NCBI GenBank assembly: GCA_905181725.1
Contig: CAJIYX010000016.1
Coordinates: 1,738-65,737 of the forward strand
DNA: 64,000 bases
Direction: 5' to 3'
Origin: Alphaproteobacteria bacterium UBA830
GTDB lineage: Bacteria > Pseudomonadota > Alphaproteobacteria > MPNO01 > UBA830
Part shown: piece after piece, positions 44,243-54,277 of the stretch
Layout of the letters: the number at the start of each line of letters is the position of its first letter
Position numbering within the stretch: the first letter of the stretch is position 1
The notes under the pieces: generated by a model
What the model saw: only the letters and a program-made list of their open reading frames with translations
The model's database searches: none
Told to the model about the DNA's origin: nothing
Translations under genes and position numbers: made by a program

Positions 44243-45594
44243 AAACCGCCCGCCTCTTGCGAAGCGCGACGTTCCGGCTGGCGCTGCTGTATATGCTGAT
44301 CTTCGGCGGCTCGGTCGCGGTGCTGCTGGGTTTTCTGTACTGGGCGACCGTGGGTGTGTTGTCAGAACAGATGGATGAGACGATCCAGGCCGACATCACG
44401 GGCCTGGCCGAACAATATGAACGCCGCGGCACGCCGGGCATTGCCGCTATTATCGGCGAGCGCATCCGCAAGGATCCCGGCGGCCGGACCGTCTATCTGT
44501 TGACCGACCCGCTCCGGCGTCCCCTTGTCGGCAACCTTGACAGCTGGCCAACCGTCGAACCCGATACAGGCGGCTGGATCACGTTCGAGCTGGTCGACCG
44601 TGCCGATCCCGACGGTAGACCGCACCTCGCGCGTGCAAAGCGCTTCGTGCTGCAGGGCGGGTTGAACCTACTGGTGGGCCGCGAAGTCCGCGAACTGGAA
44701 CGCACCCGGCGCATGATCGTGAACGCGATGATCTGGGGGATTGCTATCACTCTGGCCCTTGCCTTCGCCGGCGGCATCGCCATGAGCCGCAGTACCGCAC
44801 GGCGAATCGATGCCATCAACCAAACCAGCCGCGACATCATGAGCGGCGATCTGGACCGCCGCATTCCGGCAGGGGGCACGGGCGATGAATTCGATCAGCT
44901 TGCCGGCAATCTCAACGCCATGCTCGACCGGATCCAGGGGCTGATGGAGGGACTAGGCCATGTATCTGACAACATCGCCCACGACCTGCGCACCCCGCTG
45001 ACGCGTCTACGCGGACGGCTGGAGGACCTGGACGACCCTACATTGGCGGCAGGCGATCGCACGCAGCGGATCGATGCCGCAATCGCCGAGGCCGACACCC
45101 TGTTATCGATGTTCAACGCTTTGCTGCGGATCGCCCAGATTGAGGCGGGCGGACGGCGGGACAATTTTGCAACGGTTGATCTGGCCGCGGTACTGAGCGA
45201 CGTCGCCGAGCTATACGAGCCCGTGGCGCAGGAGAAAGGTCTGAATTTTTCCGCCCATGTGGAAGCCGCCGAGACCGTGTCTGCCGACCGCGACCTGCTG
45301 TTTCAGTCCGTTGCAAACCTTGCCGATAACGCGATCAAGTATACGCCTGCAGGGGGATCGGTGACCCTGCACGCCACCGGCAGATCGATTACCGTGTCGG
45401 ATACCGGCCCCGGCGTGCCGAAAGAGGCGCGAAATGATGTATTTCGCCGGTTTCACCGGCTCGAAGAAAGCCGGAACGCACCGGGCAGCGGGCTCGGCCT
45501 CAGCCTCGTAAAGGCAGTCGCCCAGCTTCATGGTGGTGAGGTCCGGCTCGAAGACAACCGGCCCGGCCTCAAGGCTACCCTGACCCTAGGCTGA
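44239..45594 (+). CDS. Sensor histidine kinase (HAMP-HisKA-HATPase)
   Basis: Two TM segments, GDEFDQLA (HAMP), AHDLRTPLTRL, NLADNAIKYT, DTGPG, GSGLGLSLV. Confidence 0.95.
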   Translation: MKTARLLRSATFRLALLYMLIFGGSVAVLLGFLYWATVGVLSEQMDETIQADITGLAEQYERRGTPGIAAIIGERIRKDPGGRTVYLLTDPLRRPLVGNLDSWPTVEPDTGGWITFELVDRADPDGRPHLARAKRFVLQGGLNLLVGREVRELERTRRMIVNAMIWGIAITLALAFAGGIAMSRSTARRIDAINQTSRDIMSGDLDRRIPAGGTGDEFDQLAGNLNAMLDRIQGLMEGLGHVSDNIAHDLRTPLTRLRGRLEDLDDPTLAAGDRTQRIDAAIAEADTLLSMFNALLRIAQIEAGGRRDNFATVDLAAVLSDVAELYEPVAQEKGLNFSAHVEAAETVSADRDLLFQSVANLADNAIKYTPAGGSVTLHATGRSITVSDTGPGVPKEARNDVFRRFHRLEESRNAPGSGLGLSLVKAVAQLHGGEVRLEDNRPGLKATLTLG

Positions 45595-45650
45595 TCCGCA
45601 CGGTATCCCGCCACGTAACGACACCACCTATCGATATCAGAGAAACCGCC

Positions 45651-47030
45651 TTGATCCAGAATACCCGCATCCAGAACCTGAACGACCATGAGCGCCGCGC
45701 CGACGGCGCCTACGTGCTATACTGGATGCAGGAATCGCAACGCGCCCGCGGCAACGCGGCACTGGAAATGGCGATCCGCGGCGCTAATAAATACGGCCTC
45801 CCGGTGGTTGTCTGTTTCGGTCTGATGGACGGCTACCCCGAAGCCAATGAACGGCATTACGCCTTCATGCTCGACGGCCTTGCCGATTGCGCCGCCGAAT
45901 TTCAGGCGCGCGGGATCGCCTTTGTCCTGCGCCGCGGCATGCCGGGCGACGTTGCCCTGGAACTGTCGCACAAAGCCGCCGCCGTGATCTGCGACCGCAG
46001 TTATATACCGGCACAACGGGAATGGCGCACGGCACTGGCAGAGGCGGCCACCTGCCCGGTCGTGCAGGTAGAGACCGAGGTCGTTGTTCCGGTCGACGTG
46101 GCATCCGACAAATCGGAATACGCGGCCCGCACGATCCGCCCGCGCATTCACCGGGTATGGGACGAATATCTCGTGCCACTGGACGAAACCGAGCCGGAAA
46201 TGCCCGCCGATGGTCTGCCGCTGGAAAGCGATTTCGATCTGTCCGATCCGGCGGCCCTGCTGAGCACGCTCGACCTCGACCGATCCGTCAAACCGGTCAA
46301 ACGGTTTCGCGGGGGACGGGTGGCGGCGCTGGAAATGCTCAACCGCTTCGTGGACGATGTGCTGGACGGATACGCAAAGGGACGGAACGAGCCATCTTCG
46401 GCGCAGACGTCTTTCCTCAGCCCCTATCTGCATTTCGGCCATATCTCGCCGGTTGAAATGGCGCTGGCGGCGCGCGATTCCGGCATTGGAGCGACAGAGG
46501 ACCGCGGATCGTTCATCGAGGAACTGGTCGTCCGCCGTGAGCTTGCGATGAATTATGCGAATTTCGCGATCGGGTTCGAGACCTATGACGCTCTGCCAGA
46601 CTGGGCGCGAAAGACGTTGTCGGAGCATGCCGGCGACGAGCGCGAATACGTCTATGACCGCGCAGCGCTTGAAGCCTGCGGGACGCATGATGCGCACTGG
46701 AACGATGCGATGCGCGAGATGGTGCATACCGGTTTCATGCATAATTACATGCGGATGTACTGGGCGAAAAAGATCCTCGAGTGGAGTGCAACGCCCGAAG
46801 ACGCCTTTAACACGACGCTGGCGCTGAACAACAAATACTTCCTCGACGGGCGCGACCCCAATTCATACGCCAATGTCGCGTGGTGCTTCGGGCTCCACGA
46901 CCGTGCCTGGACAGAACGCCAAGTGTTCGGAAAAATCCGCTACATGAACGCCAACGGGCTGAACCGGAAATTCGACATGGAAGCCTATACCGCCTTTGTC
47001 GATTCCGTCGTGAAAGCGGAACAGGCGTGA
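45651..47030 (+). CDS. phr: Class II CPD photolyase
   Basis: YVLYWMQ...R..GN.AL, SEYAARTIRP, SFLSPYLHFGHIS, FIEELVVRRELA, MHNYMRMYWAKKILEW, DGRDPNSYANVAWCFGLHDR, FGKIRYMN. Confidence 0.93.
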   Translation: MIQNTRIQNLNDHERRADGAYVLYWMQESQRARGNAALEMAIRGANKYGLPVVVCFGLMDGYPEANERHYAFMLDGLADCAAEFQARGIAFVLRRGMPGDVALELSHKAAAVICDRSYIPAQREWRTALAEAATCPVVQVETEVVVPVDVASDKSEYAARTIRPRIHRVWDEYLVPLDETEPEMPADGLPLESDFDLSDPAALLSTLDLDRSVKPVKRFRGGRVAALEMLNRFVDDVLDGYAKGRNEPSSAQTSFLSPYLHFGHISPVEMALAARDSGIGATEDRGSFIEELVVRRELAMNYANFAIGFETYDALPDWARKTLSEHAGDEREYVYDRAALEACGTHDAHWNDAMREMVHTGFMHNYMRMYWAKKILEWSATPEDAFNTTLALNNKYFLDGRDPNSYANVAWCFGLHDRAWTERQVFGKIRYMNANGLNRKFDMEAYTAFVDSVVKAEQA

Positions 47031-47041
47031 TCGCAGGTTCA

Positions 47042-47949
47042 CTATTCCCAGGGTGGAACCGGCGTCATCTTCTCAGCCAGAAAATCGACAAAGGCACGGG
47101 TTGCGGGCGGTACCAGCCGGCGGCTGGGATAGACTCGTGAATAACGTTTTCCTGTGGATTCTGCCAGTCCGCCATAACCTGTACGAGCCGCTCGGCTTTC
47201 AGGTCTGGCCCGACCAAGAACGTTGCCAGACGCGCAATGCCGAAGCCACCCAATGCCAGGTCGCGGATCGCCTCACCCGAATTGGCGGAGAAGTTCGACG
47301 CCACCTTGACGCCGCGCGGCCCGGTCGGCCCGTTGAAACGCCAGGTATCGGAATAGACCGTCGAATAGATCAGCGCGTTATGGGCGCTGAGGTCCCCCGG
47401 TTCCGTCGGCGTGCCATGAGCGCGCAGATATTCGGGCGATGCACACACAACCCGACGGTCGGGCACGAGACGCCGGGCGATCAGCGTGGAATCTGCGGGC
47501 GCCGACACCCGCACGGCCACATTTACGCCCTCATCTACCATATCGATCAGCTGGTCCGAAAACAGGACATCCACCCGCACATCCGGAAACCGCGCGACGA
47601 ATTCCGGCACCAGCGGCACGATCTGGCGCTGGCCGAACGAGATGGACGCGGTGATGCGCAACCGGCCGCGCGGTCGGTCGGATGCATCGCCGACGGCGCG
47701 TTCCGCCGCGTGGATATAGGACAGGATCGACTGGGATCTTTCATAGAACTCGCGGCCGACATCGGTCAGGCTGATGCGCCGTGTCGAACGGTTCAGCAGT
47801 CGGGCGCCGAGCCGCGCTTCAAGACGGCTGATCTGTTTGGAGACCGCCGAGGGCGTGATCCCCAGAATCCGCGCCGCCGCCGAAAAATTGCCGGCATCGA
47901 CCGCGGAAACGAAAACCGTCATCTCTATGCTCGATGCCGCAGAAGCCGT
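47042..47949 (-). pseudogene. LysR-family regulator (CrgA/DmlR type) with a C-terminal frameshift and a possibly mutated start
   Basis: GNFSAAARILGITPSAVSKQISRLEARLG HTH; 1-nt deletion near 47135 (IH|VYPSRRLVPPATRAFVDFL...PPWE* in the shifted frame); ACG at 47949 follows an AGGGA RBS. Confidence 0.75.
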
Positions 47950-48065
47950 GTTCTGTTCCCTGAATTCACAGATAATATGCCGAACAATACTATTATCATC
48001 TTCAGTGGCATCAATTACAAACACGCAACGTTAAAATACACCTGGCCACAGGCAGGAGAACAGTT

Positions 48066-49172
48066 ATGAAGATCGGATTTTTCACGATGCCGGTACACCG
48101 GCTGGACAAGAATTATACCGAGTGTCTGAAGGAAGACCGCGAGGCCATCATTCTGGCCGACAAGCTCGGGTATTCTGAAGCATATGTCGGCGAACACGTC
48201 ACCGACGCCGCCGAAAGCATCACCAATTCGATGCTGTTTCAGGCAAGCCTGATCGCCGAAACCAAACAGATCAAACTCGGCACCGGCACGACGAACCTGT
48301 CGCATAGCCATCCGGTCCTGGTCGCCGCCCAAGCGGCCATGTTGGATCACCTGCTCGAAGGCCGGTTCATTTTCGGCGTTAGCCCGGGCGCACTCGAATC
48401 CGATGCCGAGGCGCTCGGCATTCGCGGCGTCGACCGCAATGCCATGTTCGTAGAAGCCATCGATCACATCATCAACATCTGGACTGGTGAACCTCCTTAC
48501 GATCTGAAGGGCGAGTTCTGGAACATCACGACGCGTGAAACCCAGTTTGCGGAAATCGGCCTCGGCCCGATCGCAAAGCCCTTTCAGAAACCCTACCCGC
48601 CGATCGTCGGCACCGTGGTTGCACCGTTCTCCAAGGGTGTGATCGAAATGGGCAAGAAGGGCTTCCTGCCGATCTCGGCCAATTTCCTGCTCGCCAAATG
48701 GGTTGAAACCCATTGGGGCAATTATGCCAAGGGCTGCGAAGAAGGCGGTCGCCCCGCGAATACCGCAGACTGGCGTGTCGCCCGGTCGATCTTTGTCCAT
48801 GACGATCACGACACCGCCGTTAAGTACGGCAAGACGGACGACCGGAGCCCCTACCGGTTCTATTACAAGCAGCTCTATACCAAGCTGCTCAAGGCCGGCC
48901 GCCATGAAGTCTTCAAGCCGTCGCGCGATTTCCCGGACGACCATCTGTCGCTCGATTACATCCTCGACGAACTGGTCATCTGCGGCGACGTCAACAGCGT
49001 GGTCGATCAGATCCTCGCCTTCCGCGAAGTCACCGGTGACTTCGGCACCCTGCTTTATGCCGGCAAGGACTGGGAAGACAAGGAGCTGGGCAAGCGGTCG
49101 ATGGAACTGATGGCCGAAAAAGTCATGCCTGCGGTCAATGCGGCGATCGGTCAAACCGCAGCGGCGGAATAG
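48066..49172 (+). CDS. LLM flavin-dependent oxidoreductase (different subfamily from paralogs 1 and 2)
   Basis: MKIGFFTMPVH, YVGEH, KLGTG, HPVLVAAQAAMLDHLLEGRFIFGVSPG, SMELMAEKVMP. Confidence 0.92.
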   Translation: MKIGFFTMPVHRLDKNYTECLKEDREAIILADKLGYSEAYVGEHVTDAAESITNSMLFQASLIAETKQIKLGTGTTNLSHSHPVLVAAQAAMLDHLLEGRFIFGVSPGALESDAEALGIRGVDRNAMFVEAIDHIINIWTGEPPYDLKGEFWNITTRETQFAEIGLGPIAKPFQKPYPPIVGTVVAPFSKGVIEMGKKGFLPISANFLLAKWVETHWGNYAKGCEEGGRPANTADWRVARSIFVHDDHDTAVKYGKTDDRSPYRFYYKQLYTKLLKAGRHEVFKPSRDFPDDHLSLDYILDELVICGDVNSVVDQILAFREVTGDFGTLLYAGKDWEDKELGKRSMELMAEKVMPAVNAAIGQTAAAE

Positions 49173-49193
49173 AGATTCGGCTATACTGGCTGG

Positions 49194-49628
49194 ATGGCGA
49201 TTACCGACGATAAACCGCTCTCCCTCGTTCACATGCTGTCGAACCGGATCAGCCGCGCGTTCTTTGACGAGGTTGAGACGAAATACGGCGTGTCGCTTGC
49301 CGAGTGGCGGGTGATCCTTACCCTGATATCGGAACCCGGCGTGTCCGGCGCCGACATCACCAACCGATGGGCGATGGAGAAAATGGCCGTCAACCGGGCA
49401 GTTCAGCGCCTCGTCGATGCCGAATACGTTACCCGCAGCCGCGACCCGGATGACCGGCGCAGCTACCGACTGGCGCTGACGGCGAAGGGCACCAAGCTGC
49501 ATGACAAGATCGCGCCGACCGCGAACAAACGCTACGCGGAGCTGATTTCCTCCGTTCCGCGCGAGGAACTCGATGCGATGGTGGCGACGCTCCAGACCAT
49601 GATCGCCCGCGCGGAAGAACTGAACTGA
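49194..49628 (+). CDS. MarR family regulator
   Basis: YGVSLAEWRVIL, MEKMAVNRAVQRL, DPDDRRS...LT.KG. Confidence 0.9.
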   Translation: MAITDDKPLSLVHMLSNRISRAFFDEVETKYGVSLAEWRVILTLISEPGVSGADITNRWAMEKMAVNRAVQRLVDAEYVTRSRDPDDRRSYRLALTAKGTKLHDKIAPTANKRYAELISSVPREELDAMVATLQTMIARAEELN

Positions 49629-49710
49629 GCGCTGATCGGTTCGCTCGCGGGTTTGCCCAGGGGTCTGAATACCGACCTGAACACGCCCTCCACCGTTATC
49701 CGGAGCCGAC

Positions 49711-50649
49711 ATGACCGCGATCGTCCACATCATCGTGCCGGTCTTCGCGCTCATCCTTGTCGGCTACGCTGTCGGCCGGACACCTAAATGGACCCCAGAC
49801 GCGACGAAGTATTTCAACAATTTCGTCTTTTATGTCGCGCTGCCGACGCTGCTGTTCGGCGCGCTGGCCAGCGGCCGGGCTTTCAACGGGGTAGACCCGC
49901 TTATCGCCGCCGCCTATTTCGGTGGCAGTCTGATCTCGATGGCGCTGATCATAGTACTTTCGCGGGCGCTGTTCCGTCTGCCCGGCGAGGAGCTTGCCCT
50001 GCTCGGCATGGGTGCTGGATTTTCGAACACCGTTCTGCTCGGCCTGCCGCTGATCGTCCTGACCTTCGGCGATGCGGCGGTCGGCCCGATCACCGCGATC
50101 ATCGCCTTCAACACGCTGCTGCTCTTGCCGGTCACGATCCTGATCATCGAAGTATCGCGTGGCCGGGCAAGCCAGCGGGGACTGCCGGCCATTGTCGTCG
50201 CCCCGATCCGTGCCCTCAGCCGCAACCCGATCCTACTCGCCATCGTCGCAGGATCGGCATGGAGCTTTACCGGCATCGGCCTTGCCGTCCCGGTAGAACG
50301 CTATATCGAGATGATGTCGGGTGCGGCCGGCCCGTGTGCGTTGTTTGTCCTTGGCGCAAGCCTCGCGGAATACAAGATCGCGGGACGCCCCGCCGAGACC
50401 GCGATCATGGCAGGGTTCAAACTGATCGTTCACCCGATCATAGTCTGGCTGCTCTGTACGCAGGTATTTGTGCTGGATGACCTGACCACCGGTGTCGCGA
50501 CCATGATGGCCGCCATCCCGGTCGGCGCGACGGTGTTTACCGTGGCCCAGCAATACCGGACATTCGTCGGACCGGTAACGTCCGCGATCCTGATATCCAC
50601 CGGCATCTCGGCGGGCACACTGGCAGTGGTGATCTCGCTTCTGACGTAG
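49711..50649 (+). CDS. AEC (auxin efflux carrier) family transporter
   Basis: FVFYVALPTLLF, FSNTVLLGLPL, NPILLAI, LFVLGASL, KLIVHP, AAIPVG. Confidence 0.92.
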   Translation: MTAIVHIIVPVFALILVGYAVGRTPKWTPDATKYFNNFVFYVALPTLLFGALASGRAFNGVDPLIAAAYFGGSLISMALIIVLSRALFRLPGEELALLGMGAGFSNTVLLGLPLIVLTFGDAAVGPITAIIAFNTLLLLPVTILIIEVSRGRASQRGLPAIVVAPIRALSRNPILLAIVAGSAWSFTGIGLAVPVERYIEMMSGAAGPCALFVLGASLAEYKIAGRPAETAIMAGFKLIVHPIIVWLLCTQVFVLDDLTTGVATMMAAIPVGATVFTVAQQYRTFVGPVTSAILISTGISAGTLAVVISLLT

Positions 50650-50689
50650 AGCTCTGCTGAACGCAGGCCCCCGTCGAAGCAGGAAACCG

Positions 50690-50896
50690 CTAGGCGGCGC
50701 TAGGCATTTCCTGAAAGCGGCTCTGATCGAGCAATCCGCTCCGAGCAATGATCTTGGTCGTGGACCGGTCTCTGACGCCGACCATTTTGACGTGCGGGAT
50801 AGACGTCGACAGATCACTCAGCGTATCGATCTCCCAGAGGAGGCCTTCGCTGGCACGAAACTGCTGGCCGGGGCGGATATCCGTGGATTTGGGCAT
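50690..50896 (-). CDS. Small hypothetical protein (68 aa)
   Basis: Fills the gap downstream of add on the same strand; sequence GQQFR...WEI...IPHVKM...D..TTKII...LLDQSRF looks like a compact beta domain. Confidence 0.6.
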   Translation of the reverse strand: MPKSTDIRPGQQFRASEGLLWEIDTLSDLSTSIPHVKMVGVRDRSTTKIIARSGLLDQSRFQEMPSAA

Positions 50897-50938
50897 TCTG
50901 AATAAGCTATCGAATGCGATGTAAAGCCGTAGCCTAAT

Positions 50939-51949
50939 TTATTCCTCTGCCACTGCCTGAATTTCTAACAACCACCTCGCTTTCTCATCAGCCTTAAGAA
51001 ACGACGCGACAATGGAATTTCGCGCCAGTGTCACGATGTCGTCCTGCGAAATATCCAGCGCATCCCGGACCACGAGGTAATTATCCAGAACGTATCCGCC
51101 GAAATAAGCCGGATCGTCCGAATTGACCGTCGCCATCAATCCGGCATCCAGCATCGCGCGAAGCGGGTGCCGCGACATGTCGGTGACGCCCTGCAGCCGG
51201 TAATTCGATAACGGACAGACCGTCAGGGGCATGTTTTCGCGGCCAAGGCGCGCGACCAGATCAGGGTCGGCCATCGCCGCATTGCCGTGATCGACCCGGT
51301 CGACATGCAGCAGATCCAGCGCATCGCGGACATATTCGGGCGGGCCTTCTTCGCCCGCATGGGCGACGAGTTTGAAACCGGCGTCTCGCGCCTTCGCAAA
51401 CACCCGCTGAAACTTCTGCGGCGGATGACCGAGCTCTGACGAATCCAGACCGACGCCGATAATCCGGTCTCGGTGCGCCATCGCCGCCTCAAGCACCGGG
51501 AACGCTTCGTCCTCGTCGAGATGACGGAGGAAACACATGATGATACGCGACGTGATTCCGTGTGCCGCCTCGGCATCGCGCAACGCCCGCCATATGCCGT
51601 CCAGCGCGACCTCGAACGCCACGCCGCGTTCGGTATGCCCCTGCGGATCGAAAAATATTTCAGTATGGACGACACCATCGGCGACAGCGCGTGTCATATA
51701 GGCCGCCGTCAGATCGTAGAAATCTTGCTCTTTGAGCAGCACGCTCATACCGGCATAGTACAGATCGAGAAACGCCTGCAGGTCGGCAAAATCATAGGCC
51801 GCCTTCAAATCATCGACCGTCGCATAGGGCAAACTCACATCGTTGCGCCGGGCGATCTCGAACATCAGCTCAGGCTCAAAACTGCCTTCAATGTGCAGAT
51901 GCAGTTCGGCCTTCGGCAGGCGGCGGATAAAGTCGTCTGAAACGGCCAT
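50939..51949 (-). CDS. add: Adenine/adenosine deaminase
   Basis: LPKAELHLHIEGS, EIFFDPQGH, GLDSSE, VAHAGEEGP, RVDHG, LTVCPLSN, NSDDPAYFGG. Confidence 0.95.
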   Translation of the reverse strand: MAVSDDFIRRLPKAELHLHIEGSFEPELMFEIARRNDVSLPYATVDDLKAAYDFADLQAFLDLYYAGMSVLLKEQDFYDLTAAYMTRAVADGVVHTEIFFDPQGHTERGVAFEVALDGIWRALRDAEAAHGITSRIIMCFLRHLDEDEAFPVLEAAMAHRDRIIGVGLDSSELGHPPQKFQRVFAKARDAGFKLVAHAGEEGPPEYVRDALDLLHVDRVDHGNAAMADPDLVARLGRENMPLTVCPLSNYRLQGVTDMSRHPLRAMLDAGLMATVNSDDPAYFGGYVLDNYLVVRDALDISQDDIVTLARNSIVASFLKADEKARWLLEIQAVAEE

Positions 51950-52058
51950 GCTTAATGTGCGCTCTCTGAGGCTGTCAGTATGGGGCCTGTTAGGATGCAA
52001 TTTTCATATGCTATCCTTAGACAAGATAACAATACCGCAGTACAGGGGTGCCAAAAAA

Positions 52059-53690
52059 ATGAGCAACGGTAAAAGCTACGATTATGTCATTGTGGGCGCA
52101 GGATCCGCGGGCTGCACGTTGGCCAACCGGCTGACCGAAGATCCGAACGTCCAGGTACTGGTGATCGAGGCCGGCGGTAGTGACCGTAACCCGCTCATTA
52201 CGGTGCCGCTCGGCTGGGGCAAGATCCTGTTTGAGCGCCTGTATGACTGGGGCTATTTCACCGAGGAAGAAGGCGAATTTAACGGCCGCAAGGTCGAATG
52301 CGCGCGCGGCAAGGTGCTTGGCGGGTCGTCATCGATCAACGCCATGGCCTATGTCCGCTGCCACCGCGAAGATTATGACCGGTGGAGCCGCAATGGCTGC
52401 ACGGGCTGGTCCTATGCTGATATTTTGCCTTATTTCATCAAGTCGGAAGATTGGGAAAAAGGCGATGAGCCCCTGCGTGGCACCGGCGGCCCGCTGACGA
52501 CGATGGAGAACAAGTACCCTGATCCCCTGCTGGAAGCCTGGCTGCAGGCCGGCGAACAGGCCGGCTTTTCACGCACCGCCGATTACAACGGCCCCCAGAA
52601 CGAAGGGCTTGGTACGCTGCAATCGACCATCCGCAACGGACGACGCTGCAGCGCCGCCGTCGCCTATCTGCGCCCCGCCATGAAGCGCTCGAACCTGACC
52701 GTCATCACCAAGGCGATGGCACATCGCGTGGTGCTCGAAGGCACCAAGGCGGTTGGCATCGAATATTCGACCGGTGGCAACAGCACCACCATCGCCCGGG
52801 CCAAGCGCGACGTTATCGTCGCCGGTGGCGTGATCAATTCGCCGCAACTGCTGATGTTGTCGGGCATCGGCGATAGCAAGCACCTTGCAGAACACGGTAT
52901 TTCGACCGCTGTCGATCTGAAGGGTGTCGGCCAGAACCTGCAGGATCATCTGTCGGTCGGTGTCGAATACGAACGTATCGGCGACGGCCCGTTTGTCGGC
53001 CGTCTGCGCTGGGACCGGCTCGCCATGTCGATGGCGCAGGCCTATATCTTCGGCACCGGTTTCGCGACCGAGATGCCGGGACCGCTGACCGGTTATATCG
53101 CTTCTCAGAAAGGAATGGCGCAGCCGGACCTGCAATTGCTGGCACGCTTCATTCCGCCGGAATCACAGCCGTGGATGCCGCTGACGGGTAAAAAACCGAA
53201 GGATGCTTTTATGGTGCGGCCGGTTGTGCTGCATCCGAAAAGCCGCGGCGGGCTGAAACTTGCATCGGCCAATCCCGGCGATCATCCGAAAATCCATCAG
53301 AATTTTCTGTCGGATCCCGCCGACTGGAAAACCCTCAAGGACGGCATCGCCATCGTGAAGGATATCGCCAGCCAGAAAGCGCTGGACGGTTTCCGCGGTC
53401 CGGAAATACAGCCGAAGGACGAATCGCTCGACGACTTCATCAAGCGCACTGCGTGGACGGTTCATCACCCGCTCGGCACCTGCAAGATGGGGCCGGACAG
53501 CGACGAGATGGCCGTGGTCGATCCCGAATTCCGCGTGCGCGGCACGGAGAACCTGCGGGTCATCGATGCATCGGTCTTCCCGGACATGCTCGGCGGCAAC
53601 ATCAACGCACCGACGATCGCCTTTGCCGAACGGGCAGCCGACTTGCTGCTCGGCAAGATCCCGCTTGCCCCGATCGAGGTCGCAGCCTAG
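52059..53690 (+). CDS. GMC family FAD oxidoreductase (choline dehydrogenase-like)
   Basis: YDYVIVGAGSAGC, RGKVLGGSSSIN, SPQLLMLSGIG, GQNLQDH, HHPLGTCKMG, VIDASVFP, NINAPTI. Confidence 0.94.
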   Translation: MSNGKSYDYVIVGAGSAGCTLANRLTEDPNVQVLVIEAGGSDRNPLITVPLGWGKILFERLYDWGYFTEEEGEFNGRKVECARGKVLGGSSSINAMAYVRCHREDYDRWSRNGCTGWSYADILPYFIKSEDWEKGDEPLRGTGGPLTTMENKYPDPLLEAWLQAGEQAGFSRTADYNGPQNEGLGTLQSTIRNGRRCSAAVAYLRPAMKRSNLTVITKAMAHRVVLEGTKAVGIEYSTGGNSTTIARAKRDVIVAGGVINSPQLLMLSGIGDSKHLAEHGISTAVDLKGVGQNLQDHLSVGVEYERIGDGPFVGRLRWDRLAMSMAQAYIFGTGFATEMPGPLTGYIASQKGMAQPDLQLLARFIPPESQPWMPLTGKKPKDAFMVRPVVLHPKSRGGLKLASANPGDHPKIHQNFLSDPADWKTLKDGIAIVKDIASQKALDGFRGPEIQPKDESLDDFIKRTAWTVHHPLGTCKMGPDSDEMAVVDPEFRVRGTENLRVIDASVFPDMLGGNINAPTIAFAERAADLLLGKIPLAPIEVAA

Positions 53691-53718
53691 TTCAGGTTAA
53701 AGCGAGAGAGGATAGAGC

Positions 53719-54174
53719 ATGACCGCAAAGATTAGCGTCGAGCGGGTCGATCACACGGGCATCCGGGTCGCCGACCCGGACCGTGCGATCAAATTCTACG
53801 AGATGCTCGGGTTCGAGGTGATTACCCGGGTGACGTTCGATCCGGTCATCATTATCCGGAATGAGCAAGACGTGGAGATCAACCTGATCATCAATGCCGC
53901 CGCGGAACATGACGGCAGCAACATCCTGATGGATGTCGACACCAAGTATGCGGGCATCACCCATCTGGCGCTACGCGTGTCGTCCATCGTCGACACCATG
54001 GCGGTGCTGAAGGAAAACGGTGTCGCCATCACGCAGGGCCCGGTGATGTTCGGCGGTGACGGTCACGTATCTCTGTTTGTCCGCGACCCCGACCGCAACG
54101 TGCTGGAGCTTCGCGCCCGCGCCGAGAACCTCGACGAGATCGAGGGGCTGGAGAAGTACGAAAACGTCAACTAG
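53719..54174 (+). CDS. VOC/glyoxalase family protein
   Basis: VDHTGIRV...EINLI...GITHLALRV...LFVRDPDRNVLEL. Confidence 0.92.
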   Translation: MTAKISVERVDHTGIRVADPDRAIKFYEMLGFEVITRVTFDPVIIIRNEQDVEINLIINAAAEHDGSNILMDVDTKYAGITHLALRVSSIVDTMAVLKENGVAITQGPVMFGGDGHVSLFVRDPDRNVLELRARAENLDEIEGLEKYENVN

Positions 54175-54219
54175 GCAAACGGAAAACTTCACCCCTGCCA
54201 CATTGGCCGAGGGGCAGAT

Positions 54220-54255
54220 TGGCCGGTGTGACGGGTTTGGCCGGGGTGACGGGTT
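54220..54255. repeat. 18-bp tandem duplication between convergent genes
   Basis: TGGCCGGTGTGACGGGTT followed by TGGCCGGGGTGACGGGTT. Confidence 0.75.
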
Positions 54256-54277
54256 CCGGCAGGGTTAGCCGGTCAGA

